Under the pieces are notes generated by a model. It was not told the DNA's origin and searched no databases. It saw only the letters and a program-made list of their open reading frames with translations. The position numbers and the translations under genes are program-made. A stretch of 64,000 nucleotides of DNA. Source: Raillietiella orientalis (taxonomy: Eukaryota). Positions 1 to 14,100 of the stretch are shown here, one piece after another. The first letter of the stretch is position 1. The number at the start of each line of letters is the position of its first letter. Location of the stretch: assembly GCA_036172245.1 (NCBI GenBank), contig JAYWIR010000011.1:186001-250000 (forward strand). The letters run 5' to 3'.

Positions 1-3000
1 AATCGGGATCGGATGTTATCTCTCTGCGTGTTTGTGTTCTGAGACGCGTTTTTCTTTTTTTTTTCTTCGTCTTTTTTTTTTTTTTTTTATTAACGCTGTA
101 AACAGGGATGTTCTCGCCACGCCAGCGAATGCGTCCGTCTGGCAGACACTTGAAATGGGAGATTCCCGCCGCCACGTTTCCACGGCGGTACGAACGCTCC
201 CACGGGGAGCCGCGTTCAAAGAACGGGGGCGACCGTGGGTGCATTCCTCGCTCTCTTCCCGGCAAACCTTGGTCTCCGGCCACCGGCCATTTCGGCGGCC
301 GCACCTCCTCGTTCCCGCGTTTCCCGGTGTCGGCCCGCGGCGCCACCTGATGGCGAAAATAGGTTCCTCTCTCCCTCGTCCTCCCCCTCCCGTTCCCGAA
401 CCAAGTCGCCCCGTCGCTCCCGCGTGCGCATCGCGTGAAATTCGTTGCTCACGTTCAAGTCGACGTCGCCTTTCCCCGAGGGTCACGGGCGCGGTGCGTT
501 ACGCACGATCGAAACGGACGTGGCCATTCCGAACGTTCCGAGAGCGGAGGTGCCACATAGATGGGCTGCTGAAGGCACGCACGCGCACGAACGTGTAACC
601 ACCACCACCGCCACATTCTGCCCAGGGTGCTGTTGTTGTTGTGCGCGCCTTTTAGGCAACGGTTTGAACAGGTGCCCTTCTTGAATCGCGCGTTTCCGGA
701 CATCGTGGGGCCTCGTAGGGGGCAGTTGGGATGCCTGCGTTCCCCTGAGGTAGTGGCTTCCTGCGTAATCGTTTCTCTTAATGGGCAGTGGCTACAAACG
801 AATCCTCAAGCGTCTTCGGGATGAGAGGGCCCAGCCCACTCGTTCATCCCTGGGCACTTCCCGTCCAAAGATCCGGGACGTCGGTCTGTTAACAAGAGAT
901 GTCGAGCGTCTCCTCGAAAGCGTGAATGGGTCAGCGGCAGGGAATCCTCGTCGTCCTGCTGTCTTTTCCTGTCGCTCGCGGAATTTCCTTCAAGCCCTAC
1001 CCGTCATGGATTTTCCGATCAGTGCAATCCAGATCCTTGGGATCGTCAGGGATCACTTGAAGTAATGAGGGAGCAAATAGGTTGATTGCCACGCAGCGCT
1101 TGTTTGCCGATGGGTCGCAGGAAGGTGCAGGCTAATGCCTTGGTAAACTCGGGTTAATCATTTGATGGCAACCCACGTGGTGAATCGGGGGCGAATCCGC
1201 AAACACGAAATCCCGCACACTGGCAGGCAGCATCCATCCGCGGCAGGATCATCCTCGTGATGCTGCGACGACCGGAAAGCGGAAGTGTTTTATTCCCCAA
1301 CGCTAACGTGCTTGTATTTTTTTTCTTTTCTTTTCTTGCCCCAAGTGCTACTCTTGTAAGAAAACTGCTTGTCCGGTACGAGTGCCGGTCGGAAAAATCC
1401 TATCGAAGGTGTCGAAGGTTCTCGTGGACACCGCCCGTTGCTTTCCTTCTTCTGCCGATGGGAGCAGATGCCGCGGTCAGCGCGCGCGTGTGGGAGAGCT
1501 TACGGACCCCTGGAACCGCGTCTTCGGCAAGTGCCTGCCGGTGCTTCTTATCTCGGGGCCCGCCGGCTTCCCGAGAAGACGTGCTTCACATCGGTCCGTG
1601 AGCTGCACGACGGCGCAACCCATATACCGTACGCAGTATATACAGTATGCGTTCGCGGCTGCCAAGTTTCCGGTTGTCGCCGCATCTTTCAGCGGCGGAT
1701 GAGAGATCAAAAGACAGCCGTTGCCTTCGGTCGGAAGATGGTGAGGGCGTTGGATGGATGGATGCCTCGCTGACGCGGAACCGCGGCGGTCCCGGAGCTC
1801 CGGGTCTGCCTGCCGGTGCTCCTGTCCGTCGTCGGAATGTTCCATTCTGTCTCCGTTTGTGCCGGAGAATCGCCTTGCGAAAGCACCGAAGAACATGACT
1901 TCGGGAGGGGGGAACGAACAAAGCAACATCCAGATGAAGAGATGGCAGTTTGCGAAACCTCTTTGGTTTCCATAGCGCCTTCCTGTTCGGAGGTCTTCCG
2001 TCTGCTTTTCGTGCTTGCGGGAGCCAAAAAAAAAAAAAAGGTTCAGGATGCTTCGTGCCCTCGAGTCGAACCAGTGTATTTCGAGTTCAGCGCACCTTTT
2101 CTGACAAGAGTTTCATCCCATCTTCCAGTAGATTACCCATGATTTTACCTACCCACGATGTGAAAAGTGTCATCGTAAATTCAGCGAGTCTTATTTTTTT
2201 TTTTTTTTTTGCAAAAATATTCCTCCGGTGTGGTTCCTTCCAGGAATCCCACTGGAGGAAAAAACCCTCGCATCAGACAATGAATTATGATGTGTCTTAA
2301 CCGAAATTTCATATCCGCTCGTCGAGAGTTGTTGCTTTCACCAGAAGAGTGCCTTCCACCTTCTTCTGGGGGTCTTTGACCAGCCATCCAGCAAGACGGC
2401 TCGCGCTCGTTCGCTTCCGATGCTCGCGTAGGCTCAAGTCCGCTTCGCCCGTGGCCACGCACTCTGGTGCTTCCTCGCGGAAGGTTGGTCTGCTTGCACG
2501 CACTGCTGGGAAAAGCAACAACCGGATCGGAAGGTGGCCCAAGGGGTGCCTGACTCGTCACCACCTCTTCCGCGTCCTTCCCCGTTCCTATCGGTTTCAC
2601 TTCTGGAAACTTGCAATTCGTGATGACCTGCGGGGCAGGGTTGTGCCTTGCCCCAGCCAGTTCGCCACGGCGGTTTGGGGTGAACGGGTTGCCGGCGGAG
2701 CCCTTTTTTTTTTTATTTGGCCAGAGTTGAAACCAGATTCCTGGAGTCTGTCCTGGGGGATGTTAACAGGACGCGTTCGACCGGGGGCGTTGGCGTCCCA
2801 CTCTGCAAGCTACGTGAAAAGCGTTCTGTAAAAACTGGTAACCAACGGCTCCGTCGTCTGTGAGTTGAGGTGGGCAGCGGCGAAGAGCTGTGTGCAGCAA
2901 GGCAGCGTAGGGCCAACCCCCACACGTAATGAAGGCACCGCCGCGAAGAATGTCGTAGGCATTCATCGCGGTCTTTGTTCGTCACGGGCAAAAAAAAAAG

Positions 3001-6000
3001 TAAAAGGCGATTTCGACTGCCGATTTCTGGTTCCCAACCGGAGGGTCGGTGGTGATTTCTTTTTCCCGCCTCCTTCTTCTTCCTCACTTTCGACCTGCAG
3101 GAAAGTCCGGATAGCTGCGCTGACAAGATGATGAAGGCAATCTTTCCAGCTTGCGAAATCCTCAGCTGAGCCGAGGAACGTTTCAAGCACGGTATCCTTT
3201 TTTTTTTTTTTTTTTTTCTTTTTCTTTTTCCTCGCATGCGCTTAACCCCGCCCTCTTGCAATTTCTGGGATGGTCATCTGCATTCTGATTGTTTTCTGGC
3301 TCTTTTGCCGATGGTGCACGAGATCGGAACGGTTCGGCGCGAGCGGGCGCGTAGTGCCAGAAGTCGTGGGAGATGATGCTCTGCGGGAAATGGGTGTGCG
3401 TTCACGATTCTTTCACTTTCGTGTTCCTTTTACAACAGCGCCACCATCAGGGACACGTAGGAAGGCCGACTTTGACAAATTGCGTAAATAACTTTTGCTG
3501 ATCCGCTTAGCAAATAACAAATAGAATACATCAAACGCTCTCTTCTTCGTCGGATGGCCCAGCGTTTCTTGAACAGGTATCGGTTGTAATTTCGTAATTG
3601 AACCCTCGAGCAGCGTTTCCGGAGCGATGCTGTCTCCTGGTGTTTGCAACCTCTTTTTGTTTCCTTCTGCAGTTTCACGTGGTGCACTCGTGCGGGCGCA
3701 CTTTGTTCATGACGCATGCTTTCTTTGCATAATGAACGTCTGCTTGAAGAATAGCAGGAATTTTCCCGATTTGATTGGATGATTTAAGCGCTTCCGTCAA
3801 TTCCCCCTCCCCCCCCCCTTTTTCTTTTCTTTTGCCCTCGAGAACGATGCCAGCAGCATTTTGTCAAAGACAAGCAGCTCTTCCACGATGCTGCGTAGTT
3901 AGCATGAACCGCAGAGACGTCCGTCTCCGGAAGGGCATCATCGGGAAGGCTTGCCCGCATCGTGCATCCTTCCGACCCGTCCGTGAAAATGCTTGAAACG
4001 TCAGAATAAATAAGGTGTTTGTGCCACGTCCCCGGTCAGCTTGTGCCCGAGGTCCTCGTCGATGGTGCGCGCGCGGTTCGAGGAGCGCGGCTCGCGGAAG
4101 AGTGATTGCCTGCGTGTTCATCTTGCCTTTTCTTCTCGGAGATGCGCGCTCGGCAAGGATGCGCTTTCTGAACTTTTCGGATTACAGTCGCCGCAGTTAA
4201 TCTTCGCGGATTTGCAGGGCTGCTGGATGCAGCCCGTTCTCCCGGCGCGTCTTCTTCCGAAGTACTTCCGAAGAGCATTCCCGGATCTGGGATGTTTCCC
4301 TTTCCCATTTGGCCTTGCGTAGCTTTCCCAATCAGTTTCCGACATCTTCATAAAGGGGAGGGGAGTCCTGTAGAGGGAGCATCCGTTCCCGCGAACGGCC
4401 AATTCGGCCAATTACTTAGGGAGGCAGGGTTGAGATTTGATCAAGGAAGCTCTTCGAAACGTGAATGATGACCGCATTCCGCGGCGCTTCCGAAAAACGA
4501 AACGAGCATCGCAGCGTCCTGCTGGCAACTCGCTTTTCCTCTTCGCAAATTGGCTCCTCGTTCCAGAGCAGCGTTTTGTTTACCACGGGAGCAGCCGCCA
4601 TCTCCTGATTTGCATACCGCTCACTGTTGTCGTCTAACCAGTGCCCAAGCGATTCCTTCTTCTTCGGAAGACTTTTTGCTGTCTCCTGCGAAATCCCGAT
4701 TCGGACTTTTCTATTTTCGTTTCATCTTTTTTTCCTCTTCTGCTCCCTTGCAATTTGCCAACCCTCTCGTTGCCGCACGCTTCTCCCATTCCGGAATGGG
4801 TTTGCGCCTCTCGTTGCTGGCGCGTGCGAGTTTACTTGGCAGTGCACCACCACCGCTGCGGTTTTCCCAGCATCCTTCGGGAGAGCGTCTCCGAACGAGC
4901 ACCCGCAGAATCCTTTTTCAGATTTTCTCCAGAAAAAGCGGCCCACGAATCGATTCGCGGTTCGCTTGGATGGTTGCCGTGCACCCCTCCCCCCCCCCCA
5001 ATCTCCTTCCCCTCTCCACCACCCACCTCTCTGTCCACGTGCAGCAGCCCGGTGAGCGTACGGCCCACAGCGGTGCTTGCTGGGCTGCGTGCTTTCGTAG
5101 CTCCGTGCCAAAATTTTCCCATGCCATCTCTGTCATTAACGTCCTTCAGTCGTGTCGCTGATTTACAAACTGGTCCACGCTTTTGCTGTGCGTACCTGGA
5201 AACGGCCGAACCTCATTGCCGAAAGAACACCTTGAAATTATAAATGTTTAGTCCTTCAGGGTCGGTAGATCTTTCCGCTTTATGCAAGAGTTTTCTTTGG
5301 AGTTTACGTAAATCGTGATGAAGTGGAAGGTGGTAAGTGCGCATCACGAATCCATTAAAGAAGAAGAAGAAGAAGAAGAAGGTTGTGGTTTCGTTCTGTT
5401 TCATCGCGGCATTAGCGAAATTGAGGCACTCGGTCTTCCGGCGGGTTGTGCGATTTTCCGTCTCTTCTGCTCTCGCGCAAAGACGGGGTGGGGATGCAGC
5501 AGCCGAGGACCTTCTGCACCAACTTCGCGTAAGGCGATCTCGGGGTCGTGGTCCGTTTCCTGCGGGAGCACCGAGCTCCGGCAGAAAGTTCGCTTCTGGC
5601 GCCCCACCGCCGAGCGAGGAGGCGCCGGGGAGCGTTCCTCCACCTTGCTAGCGCGAATTCCAGGGACTCGTGTTTCGCTCCTGCGTCGAGCGGTAATCTC
5701 TTCCGACATCCGAGTACACGTGGAAACGTGGCTGTCGACACCCCAAGGTGCGACATTCTGCGGGGGACAATCCTTCGGTCCGCGAGCTCCTGATAAGATA
5801 ATGAATGCTTCCCGGCGGGTGCGATGCGCTCCCTGCTCTCTGATTTGAAGTGGGAGTCGCGCACCTCATTTCAGGTCGTTTCCGTACCGAACCGCCGCGA
5901 GACGTTGGTCATGCCGCGCCGAAGCCCCGGAGACCTCTCTGGCAGCTCCCTTTCGCTGATCTTTTGCCTCACTTTCGTCTTCTGCTACGATTGAACTCTG

Positions 6001-9000
6001 GTGCTACGCTTATATATCACGCAGTTCCCCCCCCCCCCCTTCATCCCCGCAGACGTGTCCTTGCTTGATATTCCGATGAAGAGTCGGGACCGGTGACCAG
6101 GCAGGAATATCAGCTCTGTCCATGGTTTCCGGAGCCCGCGTTCGGAACGAAAACTCAGCAGGAACTGGGAAGGCGTTCCGAATTTTCCAAGGGGGCCGGG
6201 GGCTGCCATTTCGGACGCTTGCAGCCCCTTCCCGAAATAAACAAATTCGAGCACAAAGGGCATTTCATTGCGCGAACCCACAGACCCACCCACGCAAATC
6301 TTCGCCGTCGGTGCCCTCTCCTGCCCCCGTGCGGACGCCGGGGGAACCGCGCGCACCCCATGCACCTGAGTGGGGGCGTCCGTGACCGTGTGGGAAGCGT
6401 GGCGTGGGCCGCTCCGTGCTGCGTGCCAGCCGAGTTCCCAGACAAGCAGCGGTGAGAATCGCAAGGGGGGGCCAGGAATTTGATGAAACCGCTGATTCGC
6501 GAAGCTGGGCGGGAGGGGAGGGAGGGAGGAAACTGAAATGAATGAAAACGAAAGTGGGGTCTCCTGTGGCCGCACCATGTACCACGGTGTTTCGAAACAG
6601 CTGCGATTCCTCAAGAGTCCCGCAAGAGTTCTCTTTTGACCGCGCGCGCGTTTCCCCTCTGTTTGTCCTCAGCGCAGGAAATCATTTTCGTTCATGATTT
6701 ATTTTTATTAGTTTGTTTGGTATCCGAGGGTTTGCGATGCTCTGCCCATTGCCCCCACCCCCCTTTTCAGGCGGCGTACACTTTTGGTGAATACAATGCG
6801 AACATGTGGTTTCATGGAGAGCGTCTGCGAAGCTTGAGTCGTTCTTTCGAGCTCCTTTGGCGGTTCTCGCAGCAGCATCTGTTGGCCAACTTCCGCGTTC
6901 CCCCCCCCATAGGGAATGTACCCTGTCTCCCCCCCTCCCCCGACGCAGTGCTTCGCGAAAAGGTCGGAACGCTCCTGCCGCCCGATTCCCAGCCTAAGCC
7001 CAAAAGGGGTGGGGGGGGAGGAGGAAAAGTCGAGTCTCGTCCGCCTGCGTCGTTTCCGCCGGGATCCACCGCATCCTCAGCATCCGATCGTTGGGTAGGG
7101 ATCCTCAACCGGGAATTCGGGAATCAATATCGGCTCCTAGGTGGTGACGGCACGAAGAATGCCGAGAGATACCATCTGATACAGTTGGGCATCCTTCCCT
7201 CCGCCGCGCGCGGTTGTTTGTCACGCGAATTCCTGGGGAAATGTTTTCCCCATTCTCCTCCGCTCGGAGTGCTCGCATGGCTCTCTCTCGTGATTTATGC
7301 CCGCCCGGAGAATTGTCGCACTGCAGAATCCGTGCCAAACATTCATCTCGTGGTTTCGCGAGAGGGGGTTTCAAGATGTTCGCGGCGAAGCACTCCTCCG
7401 GTGTTCACGGTGACCGGGCTCGCTGCGGATGCGCGGTGTTCGCGCGCGTGTCCGGTCTTCGAGCTCCAGTCTTCGCCATGTCTTCCGGACGGAAATCGGC
7501 AGAGCGGATGCTCTGTCTTCGCTCCCTTCGCCCCGTGCGTGTTGCCGCCAGCAGCGCCAGTTTCCGGTTACCCTATTCCGCCCCCATTCATCGCCTCCCA
7601 GCTCACTTTTTAAGGTCGTCTGCGCGATGCTAGGTAAAGGTCGAGATGACCTTTGCCTGGTCGTGCTTTCCTCCTTTCTCCCGACGGACCGATTCGTACG
7701 TCTGCTCGGAAAATGATTCAAACACTTTGGGTTGTTTTCATCAAACGTGCTTTCGTGAAGAATGAACAAACGAACGAATCCTTAGTGTACCGTAACCAGG
7801 TGACTGGGGCGCCATAGGTGGATTGCTTGCAGTGCGCGTGTTTTAGCAACGCACGTTTCCGTCGCGTGCCCGTGTTTTCCTTCGTGTGTCCGTAGTGTTG
7901 GGGCGCTCGTCCGCTTGCCTGGTCGCACTCATGCGTGCATGGTGAGCGAAAGCAGCGTTCTTCGAGACGTGGTCAGTCTGCTGCGGAGGTCTGAGCAGGT
8001 CGCCGCGGTGTCTCCCTGCTCCTCGGAGCGAGGGATGCCGAATTCTCCCTCGAATTTCCGTCGGCAGCATCCTTCGGCGGAATCTTCCACGGTCTTCCGC
8101 GTGGCTCGTGCGTTCGTTTCATTCGGCCATCGAAGGGAGGCAAAGCCACCGAGGGTGGGTCGCGCGTCCTTTGAGCTGATGGCACCAACGATGGGCTCTG
8201 AAGGCGTTCGGCAGGATCCCGAGCGCTCCGGTGGCGCAAATCTTCCCCGTTTCGCATCTGTTTGGTGAATGCAGCCTTTTGCTGTGAGCGAGGCGCGCTG
8301 CGAGAGCCAGGAAAAGCATTCAGGGGAGGCTGACATGGAAGTGAAGAGAAGAAGAAGAAAAGCAACAGCAACACCGGCGTGTGTAAAAAATGAATTTAAG
8401 CGACGGCCGTACCCACTGGCGTCACTTTTAAAAGTGAATTGAATCCACCATCTGTAAAAGCGGATGCGTTCTCCCGTGGTCTTTCACATTCTTACACGGA
8501 ATTGCATTAAATGGTAATTTGATTTAATTGAACAGTGTGTGTGTGCCAGCGTGTGCACATTATGTGTGCACATTTTCCATCGGTTTATGATTATCCGGCC
8601 AAATGCACTTTCGCCGCGCCCGGCACGCCTCCTCGCGCTGCTGGTCGGGGAATTCAGGCGTGTGCCTACGTGCAGATCCCGCACAGAGGTACAGAATAGG
8701 TTACAGAATAGGGTAACGAGTAAGTACCATTCGTTACTACAGTGGTGGGGGTGGGGGAGCCTTAATCGGGCCGGACGGGGAGCGACGGCCGCTCGGTTCC
8801 CTGTTCGTTGCCCTCCTGTCAACCGCTGCTCCCCGACCGTTGCCACGTTCTCCCAGCTACGAAATGCGGGCGCTGCTGGAGCAGTTCGATTTCGAACCGA
8901 CCTCATCGGGTCTGCGTTCCTCAAGGAGCACTCTTGCGCCCGCCGAAACGGATTTTCGTTAATTGGGTGCGGGAGGTGTGGGGGTCGTAAAGCACTTTGC

Positions 9001-11135
9001 CTCTGCCCCGCACCCTGAAGACGGTCCCAGGGTCTTGTCGGTTCGTGTGGCCATGACCACGTACGGCAACAAGCTGGTCCGTGCCGGTGGAATTAGCAGG
9101 CATATCATCATTCAGGGTTGCCGCATCAATGCTGTCCAAAAAAAAAAAAAGAAAAGAGATCCAAGACGTTATAAAACGATTTGCAGCCATTAGTGCAGCC
9201 GTCAGAAGACATCGAATTGCGGATTCGTGTTTTCGCGAAACTTGACAGACGATTCTGTTCGCAGAAGTGCACAACTGGAAACTCACAGCACACTTAACGT
9301 ATGCCCATCGGGGAACCGCGAGCCGGTTGGGAAGATTGGCGTGTGTTTTTTCTGGATGTGTTTTGAGGATTCGAACGTCCGTCGTCCCGGTCAGCACGTG
9401 TGTGACGGGGGAGGCTGGAGGTTTTCGAGGCACCATCCAGAGAAGCTGGGGATTTGACTTGCACGTCGTGGTGCTGGAAGCTCGCTGCGCAGCTGCCTTT
9501 CGATTTAGAAGACCCGGAGAGTGCCGTTTCCTGGTACAGAGCGACTCTACCGGAGGAGTGCTGCGCGCATTCGACCGTGCGTTGTCTTTAAGGGGAGGGC
9601 CCTGTGTACGGTGGCGCATTCATTTTTCGCTTGGTGTTGTCCGAAGGAACCGAAGGGTGCGCTGAAAGTTTTCTTCACCGGGTGCACATTTCGGCAGCGA
9701 GCGGGCGGAAGTGTTCGTGAGCCGTCCGGCTTGCTTGCGCTGTTCTGTTTTCCCGTGTCCCAGCTTCCGGTTGTTGCCTTGAGAAAACAGACGTGGAAAG
9801 CATCCTTCCCCCTCTTTCTCTCCTGCGAACCGCTTGGGTCGTGATGAACGAAATTCGAGTTTTCTTCCAGCCGCAGCATCTTCCGGGCTCGACTTTTATT
9901 TGAACGATTGGTTAGCAGAGCCCTTTAATAAAAAAGGAAGAAGGAAAACACGCTGTTCCCTGCGTCCCGTTTGGGCGTGTTTAGCCAACGGGTCAGCTGC
10001 AGTGTTCTTCCGTTCGCACGGAAACGGTGTTGCGGCGGAGGCGCAGGTTTTGTTTTCCTTTCCCGTCGTGTGGGTTCCTTCCACGTCTCCTCTGCATCGC
10101 CGCTTGCGCCACAGCGGTGTTCCTCATTCCGCCCGCGGCACGCGCAAGGTGTTTCCTTCCACTTGCAGCTGCACCCCTACACAATGCATCCGACGCGAAC
10201 CCTTCATACCGAACGCGTGTTCAGTATGTAAGGTTTCCCGGAAACGCTTGGGATTGTCACCGGGAACAAAACGCTTTTCGCCTCCATGGCGGGAGTTCAC
10301 AAATCATACTTTTGTGCTTTCAGCCGAGTTCAACTGCCGAATTAGAAGGCGATTGTTCTATGCTCTGTGTGGCAGATGAACGCCACTCGGTGGCTCCCCG
10401 TCATGAGCAGAACGCAGCATTCAACATCTCATTCCTCGACCTCCAAACCCATTTCGTATTTTAGGTCCATTTGTTTCCGGAGAAAACCTGGTGGGATGGC
10501 CGTTCGGTTCCGACTTTCCTTCCTTTTTTTTTTTTTTTTTTTCTTCCAAGGGGGGCTTCCCTGCTCTGCATCGTCTTGGAGCAAGGTTCAGGCAACATTA
10601 GAGCGGCCATTTTTTTTTTTTTTTTTTTTTCAAGAGCATTCGGTTCTGTTTGTCGCTTCCGGGATTTATCGTCCCGATCGTCTGTGCTGCCTCCCGTCCC
10701 CGAAAGCATCCCGCATCAAATCGAAAAGGACGAGGGCGACCGCAAAGTTCGGCGGGTCCGCGCCGCTTGCGTGTTTCCAGCTTTTTGCCTCCGACGAGGA
10801 CGTTTCTCCGGGATACAAAAGAAGCTGCAGCATTCTGAGACCCGTGGCCGGAGAGAGAGAGAGGGGGGGGGGAGGGGAGAATAGAGGGGGGAGCAACGCC
10901 GCTTAATGAGATCTCGCGTGATTTTGCACCATGAGGTTCCATTTTGCAACGCAACGTTGCAACACTACTCGTGTTGCCTCTAGAATGTGTTTTTTTTCTT
11001 CTTCTTCGAGAAAACCCGTGTGTTATAAACACACTTATTAACGTCGACATGTCTTTTTGTTTTATTTTTTTTTTATTTTGCAAGTTTGGGATTGTCTTGT
11101 GAGGAAAACGGTTACGTGAACACTAATTGTGTTTT

Positions 11136-11137
<2 letters not shown>

Positions 11138-11173
<36 letters not shown>
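11138..11173. repeat. (TG)18 microsatellite
   Basis: Uninterrupted TG run. Confidence 0.95.
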
Positions 11174-11175
<2 letters not shown>

Positions 11176-14100
11176 TTGTCAGTTTCGCCGTTATAATTAG
11201 GGATCTCCCTCTTTATATCTATAAGGAATGCCGTGCACATGTGCCGAGCGTTGCCAATTACCTTTTGGCAGGCTCAACTGTTGGATGTCCTTAAAGTGTT
11301 TTTTGGCCACGTGCTCTTTCTGCATTCCTTTTTTTCTTTTTTTTGTCTTTTCGACTTTCGCAGAAGTCAGCACCTTCGATGGTGTCCGCCTCGTGTTTGT
11401 GTGTGTGAGCGATCCGACGGGACCACGAAAGTTTCATCTCCGTCGCTGCTCTCGTCTTCTTGGACCGTTCGCTGTGGAGATCTTACGGGTTATTCGTCGT
11501 ACTCACTGCTGCTACTTATTAAGATCCGATTACCCATCGTGTTATTCGAATCAGCGTTCCGCCAATCGAATCAGCTCCATTTATGCTTCGGTCGCGGGTC
11601 ATTCAGCGGTTGCACCGAACCTGGTCATTTGGGCAGTGATCGTTCCGAATTTCGTGTGATTATCGGGAAATCTGCGCAGGAGGAGAATTCGTCCGAGTTG
11701 GTTCGGCGCCGTTCGTTCGGTCGGGCCGGGCGAGTGGTCCCGGTCCAGTCACGGCGGCCAGGAGGTGTTTTTTCCCATCCTTCGAAAAGAACCGGGTTTT
11801 TCTCCGCTCGGAATACGCTGCTCCTTTGATGTTCTTCCGCTGCTTGGTTGCGCGTCTGGAGAACGTGGTTCCCTTCCTCCTGCGCGCTTCTGTTGCGCTC
11901 TCCCAGTCGGTTCGACGCTCCGAGCACCGCACGTGACGCCGGGCAGCCTCCCGAACGCTTTCCTGACCGCGGTCCTCCGTGGTGCAACTGCTTCACGCTC
12001 TCCCCCCGCCTCCGTCTTGCGGCCTACATCGCAGGATCCACAGTATAGCGGACGGCCGCCGCAGCATCGATGTGCCTTCAGGACTCGACACAGATGTGCA
12101 CCACTCGGTGCCACTCCAATGTATTCTTTTGTTTAAAAAAAAAAAAATAAAGAAAACGAAAGGAATTGGCAGAAAGAGACGGCGCAAGAAGACCAAATCG
12201 GAAGGCACCACGATATACCCACATGCAATGATGGCATCCCCACAGGAAACGCCATCATCGCCATGTGCGAAGACCTTCTTCTGCGGGACGCTTTTGGTTC
12301 TTTTTTTCGTTCTTTTTTTTTTTTCTTTAAAAAAAAAAAAGAAGTGATAGCCAGCACGGGGCTAAGTGATAGCCCCGTGCTGCATGCGCTTCCGGTGCGA
12401 CGGGAGGCCTGCCTGCTGCATGGAGGGGTCGCAGCTCTCGGAAACGTATTCGCAGAGCCAGGAACCGGCATCGCTTTAGTGATGCTCTTGGCCATCGGTC
12501 CATTCATCCCTTTCGAGCTGACCACCGAAAGCCACGCGATCCGGCGCTGGCACATGGGCAATCTTTCCCCGGAGACGCATCCGGGACCAGGCGTACAAGA
12601 ACGGCGAGCGAGCGAGTTCTTCGGTTCGTCCGGGCAGGCGCTTGTTATCGGCGGGAAGCTGCGCACGCTGCAACGAGTCCAGCCAGCGTACCGCTCCGGA
12701 TGGGGGTTGCCAGAGGAACCGAAGTGCTCGCGGGCGCAAGGGTTCCGCGCGAGCGCGCTTGGTGCGGTCTCGTGAATGCGAGGTGGACAGCGCCTTCCGC
12801 GTTGCTACCTCCTCCTCCCGGACAGCGGAAGGACTCTCCGCCTTGGAGAGGTTCGCGAGGGAAGCGGAAGCGGAAGGAGACGCTTGCCAGGCGCGCTCGC
12901 TCCCAGCCACATCCATCCGCACGCCTCTGCTTGCCGGTCGGGTGCGGCGAGGCGCCGCTCTCCCAGCGTCTCCTCTCCCTCCTCCTCCTTTCGCTCCGTG
13001 ACTGCGAGCGTCACGCGGGAGCGTGTCCTCCTGACTCCGCCGCCATCCTGCAGAAGGGTCGTGGGCACCGCCTCGAGATAGTCCCCCAGCCCAAACGCTC
13101 CGGACGCTCCCTTTCCTCCCCGTAAAGTGCTAGAGGTCAGCAGTGTCTAGGAGAGCTTCGTCTTCCCTTCCTGAAGGCGGTGCCAATATCGCGGCGTGGC
13201 TGCATAGCTGCAGGCGAGCTGTGGCCGAGGAACCGCAGAGGGAAGGATTCGCTGCTACCGGGGCTCCCCCCCTTCCCACCGGACCGTTCCTTTTTGCTCA
13301 GCGTCGAAGGAGGGGGGGGGGGAGCGATCCGCCTGCGTTCCTCCTGATTTGGAGCCGAAGGAGCTGCCGGCCGGCTGTCCGGAGGCTCTCGGAAGCAGCT
13401 GCTGCTCGCGCGCGCCCTCCGGACCTTCCGCGGCTCTTCCTTCCTCCTGTCCTGCCTCCCTTCCCTCTCGTTGTCCACGCAAGCGGAGGGGTCGCGCCAA
13501 TGCTCCGCTTCGACGCGAGTGGTGCTCCTGTCGCTCCACTCGTTCCTCCGTAAGGAATTCCTGGTTTCCAGGGCGGACGGAGGCCTCTACCCAGTCGTGA
13601 TGGATGCTGTTTTTTTTTTTTTCTTTTTTGTTCCCTTGGAATTTTCACCTCATCTGCACATCCCTCTCGGACCGGATGCGATCGAACGCGCTGCGCTGAT
13701 TCCATCGGGGCGTCATCATGCCGCTCTGATTGGGCCCAGGTCGTAAAATTTCGATGTTCGGGTCCGTTTCCAGGAAACGCGTGGGCTGCGGAAAGCGAAC
13801 CGGCGCCCTCGCGCTCGCGCGAGGAGCTGCCTTTGTGGTGCATGGCGTGTCGCGTGCATTGGCCTGCGAGCCGGCAGCCAGCCGTACGTGCGCCCGCTGC
13901 TCTTCGGCACCGCCGGGTCGCGTGTGACGGCGGGCGCAGCGTCTTCCCCGGCTCGGGGGTGGGTGGGAGTGGGGGGTGAGGGAGACGAAGACATCATCGA
14001 AGCCGAGCATCCTCCCTCCCGACGAACGGGTTCGCGGTTCGGTAGCTGCATCTTGCTGGTGTTGTGCATCATCCTTCAGGCGCTTGGCTCATGCGCGCTG

